Source: Bacillota bacterium (GTDB taxonomy: Bacteria > Bacillota > Clostridia > Christensenellales > CAG-138). Taken from it: a DNA stretch of 64,000 nt. Where the stretch lies: contig JAEWYO010000036.1 in the NCBI GenBank assembly GCA_023395595.1, positions 1,852 to 65,851 of the forward strand. The letters are read 5' to 3'. Numbering within the stretch: the first letter of the stretch is position 1; each line of letters starts with the position of its first letter. The notes beneath the pieces were generated by a model that did no database searches, was not told where the DNA came from, and saw only the letters and a list, made by a program, of their open reading frames with translations. Both the position numbers and the translations under genes were made by a program. Positions 55,160 to 63,586 of the stretch are shown piece after piece.

Positions 55160-56578
55160 CTAAAACTGGAAATAGATGAACGCCGTGTCTCCGGCATAGA
55201 AGAACATCAGCGTGAGCAGGATCGCCAGAATCAGAATCACTTTGTTCCAGAATTTGCTCAAATCCAGCAGCGGATAGAACCCATGCCTGCGGTTTTGGAT
55301 GGCTCCAATGGCGGTTGCAATCACGATGACTCCCGCAAAAAGGAACGTGAAGACATAGTAGTACTGTATGCCGCCAGCGCCGGTGACGATGCGCGAAAGG
55401 ATCGTGATCGCATCCGGAAACGACTGGGCACGGAAAAAGACCCAGCACAAGCAGGTGAACAGATACGTTGCAATCACCGATACAATCGAGGCAACCCGCT
55501 TAAGCCAAGGACGCTGAATATGGATGCCGCGCCGGTCACTTTGCTCCCGAAATGACTTGTGCACCACCAGCGCACCGCCATGCAGCGCGCCCCAGAAGAC
55601 CATCTGCCAGTTGGCCCCGTGCCAAAGCCCGCCAAGAAGCATCGTGAGCATCAGATTGATCTTGGTGCGCACCTTTCCTTTGCGGTTGCCGCCGAGGGGA
55701 ATATAGAGATAGTCCCGCAACCATGTGGAGAGGCTGATGTGCCAGCGCTGCCAGAGTTCGGTGGGGTTTTGGGAGAGATACGGCATGTCGAAGTTTTTGC
55801 AGAGATCGTAGCCAAACGTTTTTGCCGTACCGATTGCCATATCCGAATAGCCGGAAAAATCGCAATAGATCTGAATGGAATACGCGACCACGGCGAGAAA
55901 CAGCGAAAGCCCGCTGTAGCTGGCCGGTGAGGCAAACACCGCGTCCACGCAGACGGCGAGGCGATCCGCAATCACGACCTTTTTTATCAAGCCAAAAAGG
56001 AAGATTTGCAACCCTTCGACGAGGTTCTCGCGGTTCATCGGGCGGTCTTCGTCCAGTTGGGGTAAAAAATCGCTTGCGCGGACGATCGGCCCCGCAACCA
56101 GCTGCGGGAAAAACGAAATATACAGCGAGATGTTCAAGAACCTATCGCACGCCTTGAGCTGTTTACGATAGACATCGATCAGGTAGCTCAGCGCCTGAAA
56201 TGTGTAAAACGAGATGCCCACAGGCAAGATGATGTTGAGCGTGCCGAGATTTTGAATCCCGAAAAGTTGCGCGAACGACTCGACAAAGAAGTTGAAATAC
56301 TTGAAGAAGCCGAGAATCGCAAGCGAGATCGAAACGCCAATAAGCATAAAAGCTTTCGCGCGTTTTTGGTCGGTTGCGCGCGCAATCTGCTTGGCGAGGA
56401 TATAGCTGATGTACGTCTGCAAGATCAGCAGCAACAGGAATCGAACGTCCCAGTAGCCATAGAATAGATAACTGGCAATCAGCAGCACAATATGCTTTTG
56501 CTCTCTGGTCTTGCTCAGCTTGCTGCCCAGATAGGAACCCGCAAAGAGCAGCAGAAATGCCATAGATACGAATGACAT
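55160..56578 (-). CDS. MBOAT family O-acyltransferase (AlgI/DltB-like)
   Basis: The polytopic product shows the MBOAT His region (RWHISLSTWLRDYLYIPLGGN, GGLWHGANW). Confidence 0.9.
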   Translation of the reverse strand: MSFVSMAFLLLFAGSYLGSKLSKTREQKHIVLLIASYLFYGYWDVRFLLLLILQTYISYILAKQIARATDQKRAKAFMLIGVSISLAILGFFKYFNFFVESFAQLFGIQNLGTLNIILPVGISFYTFQALSYLIDVYRKQLKACDRFLNISLYISFFPQLVAGPIVRASDFLPQLDEDRPMNRENLVEGLQIFLFGLIKKVVIADRLAVCVDAVFASPASYSGLSLFLAVVAYSIQIYCDFSGYSDMAIGTAKTFGYDLCKNFDMPYLSQNPTELWQRWHISLSTWLRDYLYIPLGGNRKGKVRTKINLMLTMLLGGLWHGANWQMVFWGALHGGALVVHKSFREQSDRRGIHIQRPWLKRVASIVSVIATYLFTCLCWVFFRAQSFPDAITILSRIVTGAGGIQYYYVFTFLFAGVIVIATAIGAIQNRRHGFYPLLDLSKFWNKVILILAILLTLMFFYAGDTAFIYFQF

Positions 56579-57690
56579 CAGTTCTTCTCCTCTACTTGCA
56601 GTTCCGTGAGCGCCTGATAAAACGCTTCCGCGACGATCCGGTGCCCGGTCTTGTTCAGGTGACCACTCACAAACGTCGTGTTATCAAAGCCGTAGGGCAC
56701 GGAATAGTCCTTCGCATACGCTTGCAAGAACGCATCTCCCGTGTCCAGAAAGACGATGCCGTTGCGCGTACAAGCCGCACGGTAGTCCTCATAATACCGC
56801 ATATCGCGATCGATCGTGATGCTGCCGTCCGGCTGAATGACAACGCCCGGATGATACAGCAAAAGGATTGGTTTGTCGGTTTGCGAGCGAATCAGCGCAA
56901 GCGCCTGGTTCAATGCCGCAGCATAGCCCTGCTGGGCGGCGTTTGGCGCGCCCGGAGCGACCGTCCCGGTTTGTTCCGCGCTGCTCTCGGGCGCAAAAAG
57001 CTTGTTGATCTGCGCCGTGAGTCGGTCGATTCCGAAGGCACCCTGCATGCCAAAGTTCATCGAATCAAACTGCTGCCGTAAGAGCGAAACCAGCGGTGCC
57101 GAGAGCAGGATGTTGTTTCGGATGCGCCGCGCAGGGCTCAACGAAGCATCCAGCGCCTCGCCCGTGCTCGCCGGATCAAACCGCGCCTGATCCAGCGCAC
57201 CAAGAATCTCGTCGGTCGAAAGCTCCATCTGCGACATCTCGATCAAGACTGCCTCCGCATTCGGAAACTCCTCCATCGCCGCCTGGAATCCTTCGATGAT
57301 GCGCGGCAGCGTCTGCCCTGCGGTGCCGAGGTTATAGACCGTGCGCACGGTTGGATCGATCCTGTCGTTGAGCACAGAGACCATGTTGTCCTTCTGCATC
57401 ACCTGCAAAGCTTCCGCGTGGGACGAACCCATCAGCAGAATATAGTGCTCCGAGAGCGGTAAGTCGTCGTTGTTGAGATAGCCCTTTGCGTCCACATGGT
57501 TGATGCCATAGCCTTCCGAAGCACGCACGATGCTGCTGTTCGGGGTGCGGATGCTGGTGGAGTACGCATTCTCACGCTGAATGGAACCCGCTCCGCTGCG
57601 ATAGAAAAACGAAATGCCGTTGGCAATCAGGAGCGCGACGAGCAGCGCAAGCCCCCACGATAGGATTGCTTGTCCTGTCTTTCTGGTCAA
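56578..57690 (-). CDS. SGNH/DltD/AlgJ-like accessory protein of the MBOAT acyltransferase
   Basis: TTG start 8 nt after GGAGG. N-terminal TM anchor. The stop overlaps the MBOAT start (TGATG). The tail SGHLNKTGHRIVAEAF is typical of SGNH-like folds. Confidence 0.6.
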   Translation of the reverse strand: MTRKTGQAILSWGLALLVALLIANGISFFYRSGAGSIQRENAYSTSIRTPNSSIVRASEGYGINHVDAKGYLNNDDLPLSEHYILLMGSSHAEALQVMQKDNMVSVLNDRIDPTVRTVYNLGTAGQTLPRIIEGFQAAMEEFPNAEAVLIEMSQMELSTDEILGALDQARFDPASTGEALDASLSPARRIRNNILLSAPLVSLLRQQFDSMNFGMQGAFGIDRLTAQINKLFAPESSAEQTGTVAPGAPNAAQQGYAAALNQALALIRSQTDKPILLLYHPGVVIQPDGSITIDRDMRYYEDYRAACTRNGIVFLDTGDAFLQAYAKDYSVPYGFDNTTFVSGHLNKTGHRIVAEAFYQALTELQVEEKN

Positions 57691-58020
57691 AGCACGGCCT
57701 CCTTTGCGCGATCAAATCGCGCGGATGTTGTCGAAATATGAAACATTCAATAGAAAGGTTGCGTCGAATACAAGTGTTTCGATTGCATGCGGATTCCATC
57801 AATCACGCGGATGAACCTCGAAGCGAATGGTATCGCGGCACACAATCGTTTTGATTGTAGCGGCGAACAGAAGCTTCGTCAAGCGCAAACGCTCGGCGCA
57901 ATGGAACAATGCGTGTTGGATTGTTTCCCCGCTGTGCCCAAACAAAAAACTGACGGCGATGGATCAACCGCTGTCAGCTTTGAGACAGTCTTTTGCGAAA
58001 AATCGATGTGTCGATCATTG

Positions 58021-58192
58021 CTGGAGGATTGAATGGAGTTTCTGCCCTCGCGTTTGCTTTTCTTAGAGGATTGAAACGCGGTTCCTGCCCTCATGCTTGC
58101 TTTTCTTAGAGGATTGAAACGAGATTCCTACCCTCGCGTTTCCTTTTCCTAGAGGATCGAAACGCGGTTCCTGCCCTCATGCTTGCTTTGAT
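58021..58192. repeat. 43-bp tandem repeat: three copies plus the prototype that forms the 3' end of the GGDEF gene
   Basis: Units start at 58021, 58064, 58107 and 58150 (tagaggattgaaacgcggttcctgccctcatgcttgcttttct). The last unit contains the TAG stop and the last ~12 codons. Confidence 0.9.
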
Positions 58193-59048
58193 AGAGTGCC
58201 TTGTCCGCGCGCTGAATCAGCGTGAACGTGTTGTCCATCGGCAGCGCCATCGTGCAGCCGATGGAGACCGTCACCCGGAGGCAGTCCGCCCCGCGCGAAA
58301 GCCCCGACTGCGCGACAAGACGGCATACCTTCTCCGCGATCATCCTGAGTTCCAGATGCGTCACCCCGCGCAGCACGGCGACAAACTCTTCCCCGCCCCA
58401 GCGGCCGATGAAGTCGTTCTTCCGCATCGCGCTTTGGAATGTTCCGGCGACCATCTTGAGCATCGCATCGCCAATGTTGTGCCCGTAGGTGTCGTTGATG
58501 CGCTTAAAAAAGTCCAAATCGAGCATCAACACGCCAAACGGAATGCCGAGCGAGGCAAAATCACGAAATTGATTTTCGAGGAAGGTATCGATATACCGCC
58601 GGTTTGGCAGCTGCGTGAGCTGGTCAAACAGCGCAAGCCGTTCCATCTCCTTGCGTCCGATCTCGGTGCAATCGCTCAGTTCTGCGCTGGAGAATACCTC
58701 CGTCGCGCCGATGATCTCGCCATCGATGGACAGAGGGCGAATCTTGACATCTACGCGGACGCGATGCCCGTTTTTATGGTGCAGATAGACCTGCGCGCTG
58801 CGCGGGTTGCCGTCGTGGAGGGTCGCATGCAGCGGGCAGCCATTCAGGCAGAGCTGGTTGCCCGACTCATCCACATGGTTGAGCAGATTGTCATAGCAGA
58901 ACCTGCCGAGCATCTCTTCCGCGGAAAAACCGGTGATCCGTTCCGCGCCTTTGTTCCAGAACGTGATGCCCCTGTCTTTGTCCACAAAATAAACGCCTTC
59001 GTACAGGTCGTTGAGCAGGTCTTCGCAATAGCAAAGTTCGTAATTCAT
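58149..59048 (-). CDS. PAS domain diguanylate cyclase (GGDEF)
   Basis: PAS region (GVYFVDKDRGITFWNKGAERITGF). GGDEF active site RWGGEEF and an RxxD-type site (FKRINDTYGH region). ATG 59048 was chosen because the ORF-track N-terminal extension has no domain content. Confidence 0.85.
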   Translation of the reverse strand: MNYELCYCEDLLNDLYEGVYFVDKDRGITFWNKGAERITGFSAEEMLGRFCYDNLLNHVDESGNQLCLNGCPLHATLHDGNPRSAQVYLHHKNGHRVRVDVKIRPLSIDGEIIGATEVFSSAELSDCTEIGRKEMERLALFDQLTQLPNRRYIDTFLENQFRDFASLGIPFGVLMLDLDFFKRINDTYGHNIGDAMLKMVAGTFQSAMRKNDFIGRWGGEEFVAVLRGVTHLELRMIAEKVCRLVAQSGLSRGADCLRVTVSIGCTMALPMDNTFTLIQRADKALYQSKHEGRNRVSIL

Positions 59049-59344
59049 GCTGTCCTGTTGGGTTGCGCAGCGCGTGCGCAGCCGTGTTTGTAATGGAGTT
59101 TGCTGTTCGCCGGCCGCGGTTGCCGCAGAGCCATAGAAAGCAAGTTTATTCCATTGTAACAGGTTCTTTGCGTTGCCGCAACCTGGGCGAAAATCCTCTG
59201 TTTCTGCGCACAAAATCTGTACAACAATCCGCATTATGACCCGTTTTTCTGCGAAAATATGCAAAAAAACAACGTCCGGCATAATATCCAGACGTTGTTT
59301 GATTGAGCCATTGGCCTTGTGTTTCGTTTGCTCTGTTCCCCCGC

Positions 59345-60538
59345 CTATAGTCCCGGCGTGCCGACTGCCGTCGGCGTTGGCGTCGGCGTCGGTGTTGGTG
59401 TGGGTGTGGGTGTCGGCGTCGGTGTCGGTGTCGGCGTCGGCGTCGGTGTGGGAGTCGGTGTCGGGCTGACCGTCGGACTCACAGTCGGGCTAACCGTCGG
59501 GCTCGTGCTCGGCGATGGCGTCGGTGAAACGGCGATCAACGTGATGTATTTCGCAAACACATAGCCGGATTTCCCCGTTGTGTTGACGACCACCTGATAC
59601 CAATCACCCGATTTTGCCAGAACGGTGACGGGCGTATCCTTGTCGAGCTTGCCCGCGCTGGAATAGTTCGTCCCCGGGCCGGAGCGGAAGTTGACGCCGC
59701 CTGCGTTGAGCTTACCCTGCTGGCTGCCCGCCGGCGTTGCGGTGGGTTTCGGCGTCGGTGTGGTCGGCCCCGGTGTCGCCGTCGGCGCGGTGCTGGTTAC
59801 CTTGACAAAACTCGCGTAAACATAGCCGGTCTTGTTGATCGCAATCGCGGTCACTTTATACCAGTCCCCGTTCTTCTCGAGAATGGTCACGTCGTCCATG
59901 CGCTGGAGCTTGTCCACCTTTGCATAGTTGGTGCCCGGGCCGGAGCGCAGGTTGACGCTGTTTGCGGTGATTTCGCCTGCGGTGGCGGTCGTTCCGCCGG
60001 TTCCGCCCGTTCCGCCCGCTTTGTCCACCTTGGAGACAATCTTCACATAGTTCGGCGAGATATACCCCTCGTTACCCGTGGAATGCACCTTTACCTTATA
60101 CCAGCCGGTCGTCGCATCCGCAGAATAAACCGTCAAGCCCGCATTTGCGGCAACGATTGCGAGACTGGTGCTCTTGCTGGTCGCCTCCTTGCGGAGGTTG
60201 ACGCGGCCGGAGGTGCAGCCAAGCGCATAGGCGCTCAGGCTCGTGCCGTTCACGGTGATATATTTGCCGCTGACATAGCCGCTCTTGCCCGTGGAAGGCA
60301 CATCGATGCGCAGCCATGTGCCGGTGACTTCATAAATATTGACAGCTGTATTCACGGCAAGCGTGTCCACAATCGCGTTTTTCGTACCCGCGCCTTTGCG
60401 CAGGTTGAGCTTCGTGGTGTTGACAAATCCGCTCGCCAGCGTGCTCTCCGCGTGCGCCTCACGCACCGGCACCATGCCGATGAGCAGCGCGACGCAGGCT
60501 AGCCCAGCCAATAATCGAATCCAATTCTTGTTTCGCAT
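59345..60538 (-). CDS. Secreted protein with four bacterial SH3 (SH3b) repeats and a Thr/Pro-rich C-terminal tail
   Basis: GGAGGG RBS. Signal peptide (LLAGLACVALLIGMVPVREAHA). The repeated pattern VNLR.GPGT...G.WY.V....G..GYV is present. Confidence 0.8.
   Translation of the reverse strand: MRNKNWIRLLAGLACVALLIGMVPVREAHAESTLASGFVNTTKLNLRKGAGTKNAIVDTLAVNTAVNIYEVTGTWLRIDVPSTGKSGYVSGKYITVNGTSLSAYALGCTSGRVNLRKEATSKSTSLAIVAANAGLTVYSADATTGWYKVKVHSTGNEGYISPNYVKIVSKVDKAGGTGGTGGTTATAGEITANSVNLRSGPGTNYAKVDKLQRMDDVTILEKNGDWYKVTAIAINKTGYVYASFVKVTSTAPTATPGPTTPTPKPTATPAGSQQGKLNAGGVNFRSGPGTNYSSAGKLDKDTPVTVLAKSGDWYQVVVNTTGKSGYVFAKYITLIAVSPTPSPSTSPTVSPTVSPTVSPTPTPTPTPTPTPTPTPTPTPTPTPTPTPTPTAVGTPGL
59371..59527. 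repeat. Low-complexity GGYGTC-type microsatellite-like tract encoding SPTV/TP repeats
   Basis: A visible run of cggcgtcggtgtcggtgt units, translated on the minus strand as SPTVSPTVSPTV followed by a long Thr-Pro dipeptide run. Confidence 0.85.
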
Positions 60539-60740
60539 GTTGTTTCCCTCCCCGCGGTTGACCCGCGTTAGCGTACTAGTCGTACTAATACACTTGCATC
60601 ATACGCTATCTACGGTATGATTGTCAACGTGAAACGAGCGGATTCACAAAGCCGTCACAACTTTTTTTTGCAAAAATCGCACCAACTTTGCTTTATTCGA
60701 ACGTTTGTTTTATTTTTACGCCACATCGTAACTTTTCTGT

Positions 60741-60768
60741 TTACACGTCGTAATCGCCAGATTATAAT
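60741..60768 (+). promoter_or_regulatory. Putative promoter of the XRE/ImmA pair
   Basis: TTACAC, a 16-nt spacer, then TATAAT. Confidence 0.45.
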
Positions 60769-60777
60769 GAATACGAG

Positions 60778-61110
60778 GTGATTGACTTGACCCTGACCGA
60801 AAAACTGGATTTGCTGCTGGAGGAAAAAAACCTCAACAAATCGCAGCTCTCCGCGCAATCCGGCCTGCCCTATACCACAATTGTGAGCCTCTATGAAAAA
60901 GGCGCCGAGAACGCAAAGCGCTCCACCCTGCTCACGCTTGCGCGGTTTTTCAATGTTTCACTCGACTATCTGGCGGATGACGAGGTGGAAGAGCGCGGCA
61001 CGCGCATCTATGCCTCCGCCGGACATTTTGACGTAGCCAAACTCACGCCGGAGGGGCGCGAGCGATATGAGGAATACATCGAGTTTTTAGCGGATAAATT
61101 CACCAAATAG
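60778..61110 (+). CDS. XRE family HTH transcriptional regulator
   Basis: The HTH region is NLNKSQLSAQSGLPYTTIVSLYEKG. The start is ambiguous: GTG 60778 or TTG 60787, which lies 6 nt after GAGGTG. Confidence 0.8.
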   Translation: MIDLTLTEKLDLLLEEKNLNKSQLSAQSGLPYTTIVSLYEKGAENAKRSTLLTLARFFNVSLDYLADDEVEERGTRIYASAGHFDVAKLTPEGRERYEEYIEFLADKFTK

Positions 61111-61197
61111 TCGCGCATTTCCCGCGCGAATCGTGCATTTACTCTCACATATTATTGGATAAAACGCGCTATGTCGCAGAACAGGAGTAAAACGGGT

Positions 61198-61671
61198 ATG
61201 GATCGCATCGAAGAACTCACCGCCGAGGCGGGCGAGCGCGGAATTGACGTGCACGAGCGCGAAATCCCCGTGCCCGGCATGTCTGCGGCGTATATCAAGA
61301 CTGAAACGGGCGAACACATCATCATCCGGCAGGATGGCACGCAGGCGGAGCGCGCCTGTTGGCTGGCCGAAGAGCTTGGGCATCACTACACCGGCTCCGG
61401 CCGCCGGCTGCACTACAACGCCGCGGACGACTGGCGCGCCGAGGCAAAGGCACGCAAATGGGCGCACGACCGCCTGCTCTCGCCGGACGCAATCCGCACC
61501 GCAGCGCGCAACACAGACGACATCTACGAAATCGCGTTTACCCTCAACGTCAGCGTGGAGTTTTTGCGCGAATCGATCGACTGGTACATGGCGCGCGGGC
61601 TTTGGTCGCCGGATGTTCCGCCGGAAGAGCCGGGCGCAGACAGCGCGTTCCGCAAGCCTGATTTGGAATAG
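61198..61671 (+). CDS. ImmA/IrrE family metallopeptidase
   Basis: HEXXH motif in LAEELGHHYTG. AGGAG lies 10 nt upstream of ATG 61198 (alternative ATG 61171). It forms the classical pairing with the upstream XRE gene. Confidence 0.8.
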   Translation: MDRIEELTAEAGERGIDVHEREIPVPGMSAAYIKTETGEHIIIRQDGTQAERACWLAEELGHHYTGSGRRLHYNAADDWRAEAKARKWAHDRLLSPDAIRTAARNTDDIYEIAFTLNVSVEFLRESIDWYMARGLWSPDVPPEEPGADSAFRKPDLE

Positions 61672-61750
61672 TGCAATGAACGCAGACCGAATATGGCTTC
61701 CTCTGAACCCCTGCCCAATACACAAACGAACATGTAATCCGATAAAAAAA

Positions 61751-61787
61751 GAGCGACGGCAGCTTTCACGGCACGTTCGCTCTTTTT
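61751..61787. terminator. Hairpin with flanking A/T tracts enclosing the stop codon of the minus-strand gene
   Basis: AAAAAAGAGCGACG-gcagctttcacggca-CGTTCGCTCTTTTTG. Confidence 0.5.
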
Positions 61788-63046
61788 GTTTCATTGGGTG
61801 TGTTCATGCTGCTCTTCTGCGGCTGTGCGGAAGATAGGTCGTCCTGCGCGACGCGATTTGAATCAGGTGTGCATAAGCCACTTCTTTTCGCGCGCAGAAA
61901 CACATAGATCAGCAGCACTATCGCAACAAACGGGCTGATTTGAATTCTGCTCGCGCAGACGAGTATCCAGTTCACCATCGGCATCAGCCACAGAATCACG
62001 ATGACGGCGGCATCCGTTTTGCCTGCCCCTTCCTGCATGCAATCATAGATCAACAGAATGGTTGGGATGCTCAGCAACATCAAATCATACTCGATAAAAT
62101 AGGGGATCACCACAAATATGCCCAGCACCATCGCGCTTCCGCGTAACACCACCCGGTTTGTGTTTCGAAAAATGCGTGCAATGACAACGGTCGCGGCGAT
62201 GCTCACCAACGTTATGATCACATAGAGCGGCACGCCGTTGATTCCCATCAAGCGCAATGCCGTCATCAACGAGGGTTGAATGTCTGCGATGATCCACCAG
62301 TTTGCGTCAAACAGCGCGGTACCCGTCGTAAAGAGCTGATGGAAAAACGCCTGCCACGTTTCCGAGCCGTATATGGCAAGCGAAAGTAGCACCGTCAGCC
62401 CCGTAAACAGCGCGGACCAGCCAAGCACCTTCCAGTTTCGCGTCACCAGTAAAATAAGAAACGGAAACACCGCAAGCCATGTTTTATATGCCAGCAGCCC
62501 GAACATCAGTCCGGACAAAATGGGGCTGGTTTCCATAAACCCGATTCCGGCTGCCAGCAGTGCCGTGCTGAGAAATCCATTTTGCCCCCAGCTGAAGTTG
62601 TACATCACAGCGGGAAATGACAATGCGACAAGTGAAAGACTCTTCCGCTTTGGAAGCATGGCTGCGCACCCGAGTACGGCCAGTACCAACGTGGCAGCAA
62701 GCCAGACAAGATAGGATGCCCTAAATGGCAGCACCGAGAGGGCGGAAACGAGCGTGAGTAATAGCGTCGGCGGGTAGAGTCAATGATTATCTTCGGGTAT
62801 TTCAAGCCCGGTGTCCTGTAAGATTCTGGCATTCTGACTCGGGGAATCATAGATTTGGTCTGCATCGCCAGCCAAAGCGGTCTGCCCGGCGGTATAGAGA
62901 ATCCTATAATCGATTCCAAATTCAAACCCCGTCGATCGTGCTGTCTGCTTCGCTTGAACATATGCGCCCACCGTCATCACGATGTAAAGAGCAAAGATGA
63001 CCAGCGAATAACGCACGAGTCTACCTGCAAGTGTTTTTTTACCCAT
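61766..63046 (-). pseudogene. GT87/DUF2029-type polytopic glycosyltransferase interrupted by one in-frame TGA (62780-62782)
   Basis: The two ORFs (62780-63046 and 61766-62734) are in the same frame. The reading ...IPEDNH*LYPPTLLLTLVSALSVLPFRASY is continuous across a single TGA. Confidence 0.7.
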
Positions 63047-63097
63047 CCGAAACCTGAGTCTTCCTTTGGATTTGGAACGATGATGCAGAAACCGTCG

Positions 63098-63583
63098 TCA
63101 CGTCGTTTGCTTCTTTTTTGCTTTACGAATCTTCATGACGATCGCACGCAACCCCAGCAAAACCAGCACGCCCATCACCACGCCGGAGAAATCCAGCACC
63201 ACATCAATCACCTGTGACCCGCGCGAGGAAAAGAGTTGAATCGTCTCGTCTGCCACGGCGACAAGCAGCCCCGCAAACAGGCAATTGAGAATCGAATGCA
63301 GCTCCCGTTTGCCGAGCAAAACCGAAAGCAACGCAAGCTCCGCGCCGAGCATCGCAAACTCGGTAAAGTGCGCCAGTTTGCGCACCAGATGATCGGTCAC
63401 ATGCTCGGGCGAGAAGATCGCATCTAGCAACGGCCGAATGAATTGCAGCACACCGAGGCTGAGCAACTGCGATTCGCTGCGGCTCTTCATCGAGTTTCCC
63501 CAAATAAACCCAATCGTGAACAGGATCAGCAGGCAAAGGAGGATGATCCCCATCCTGCGCGTTTTCATTTGTGTTGTGTGCAT
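63098..63583 (-). CDS. VanZ family membrane protein
   Basis: VRKLAHFTEFAMLGA and DETIQLFSSRGSQVIDVVLDFSG motifs are present. Confidence 0.8.
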   Translation of the reverse strand: MHTTQMKTRRMGIILLCLLILFTIGFIWGNSMKSRSESQLLSLGVLQFIRPLLDAIFSPEHVTDHLVRKLAHFTEFAMLGAELALLSVLLGKRELHSILNCLFAGLLVAVADETIQLFSSRGSQVIDVVLDFSGVVMGVLVLLGLRAIVMKIRKAKKKQTT

Positions 63584-63586
63584 GTT

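Noticed and set aside
62780-62782. The in-frame TGA of the GT87-like gene considered as selenocysteine or as evidence for an alternative genetic code.
   Set aside because: Many clearly complete genes in the window terminate with TGA, the family is not known to contain selenoproteins, and I see no obvious SECIS-like hairpin immediately downstream. A nonsense mutation is the simpler explanation.
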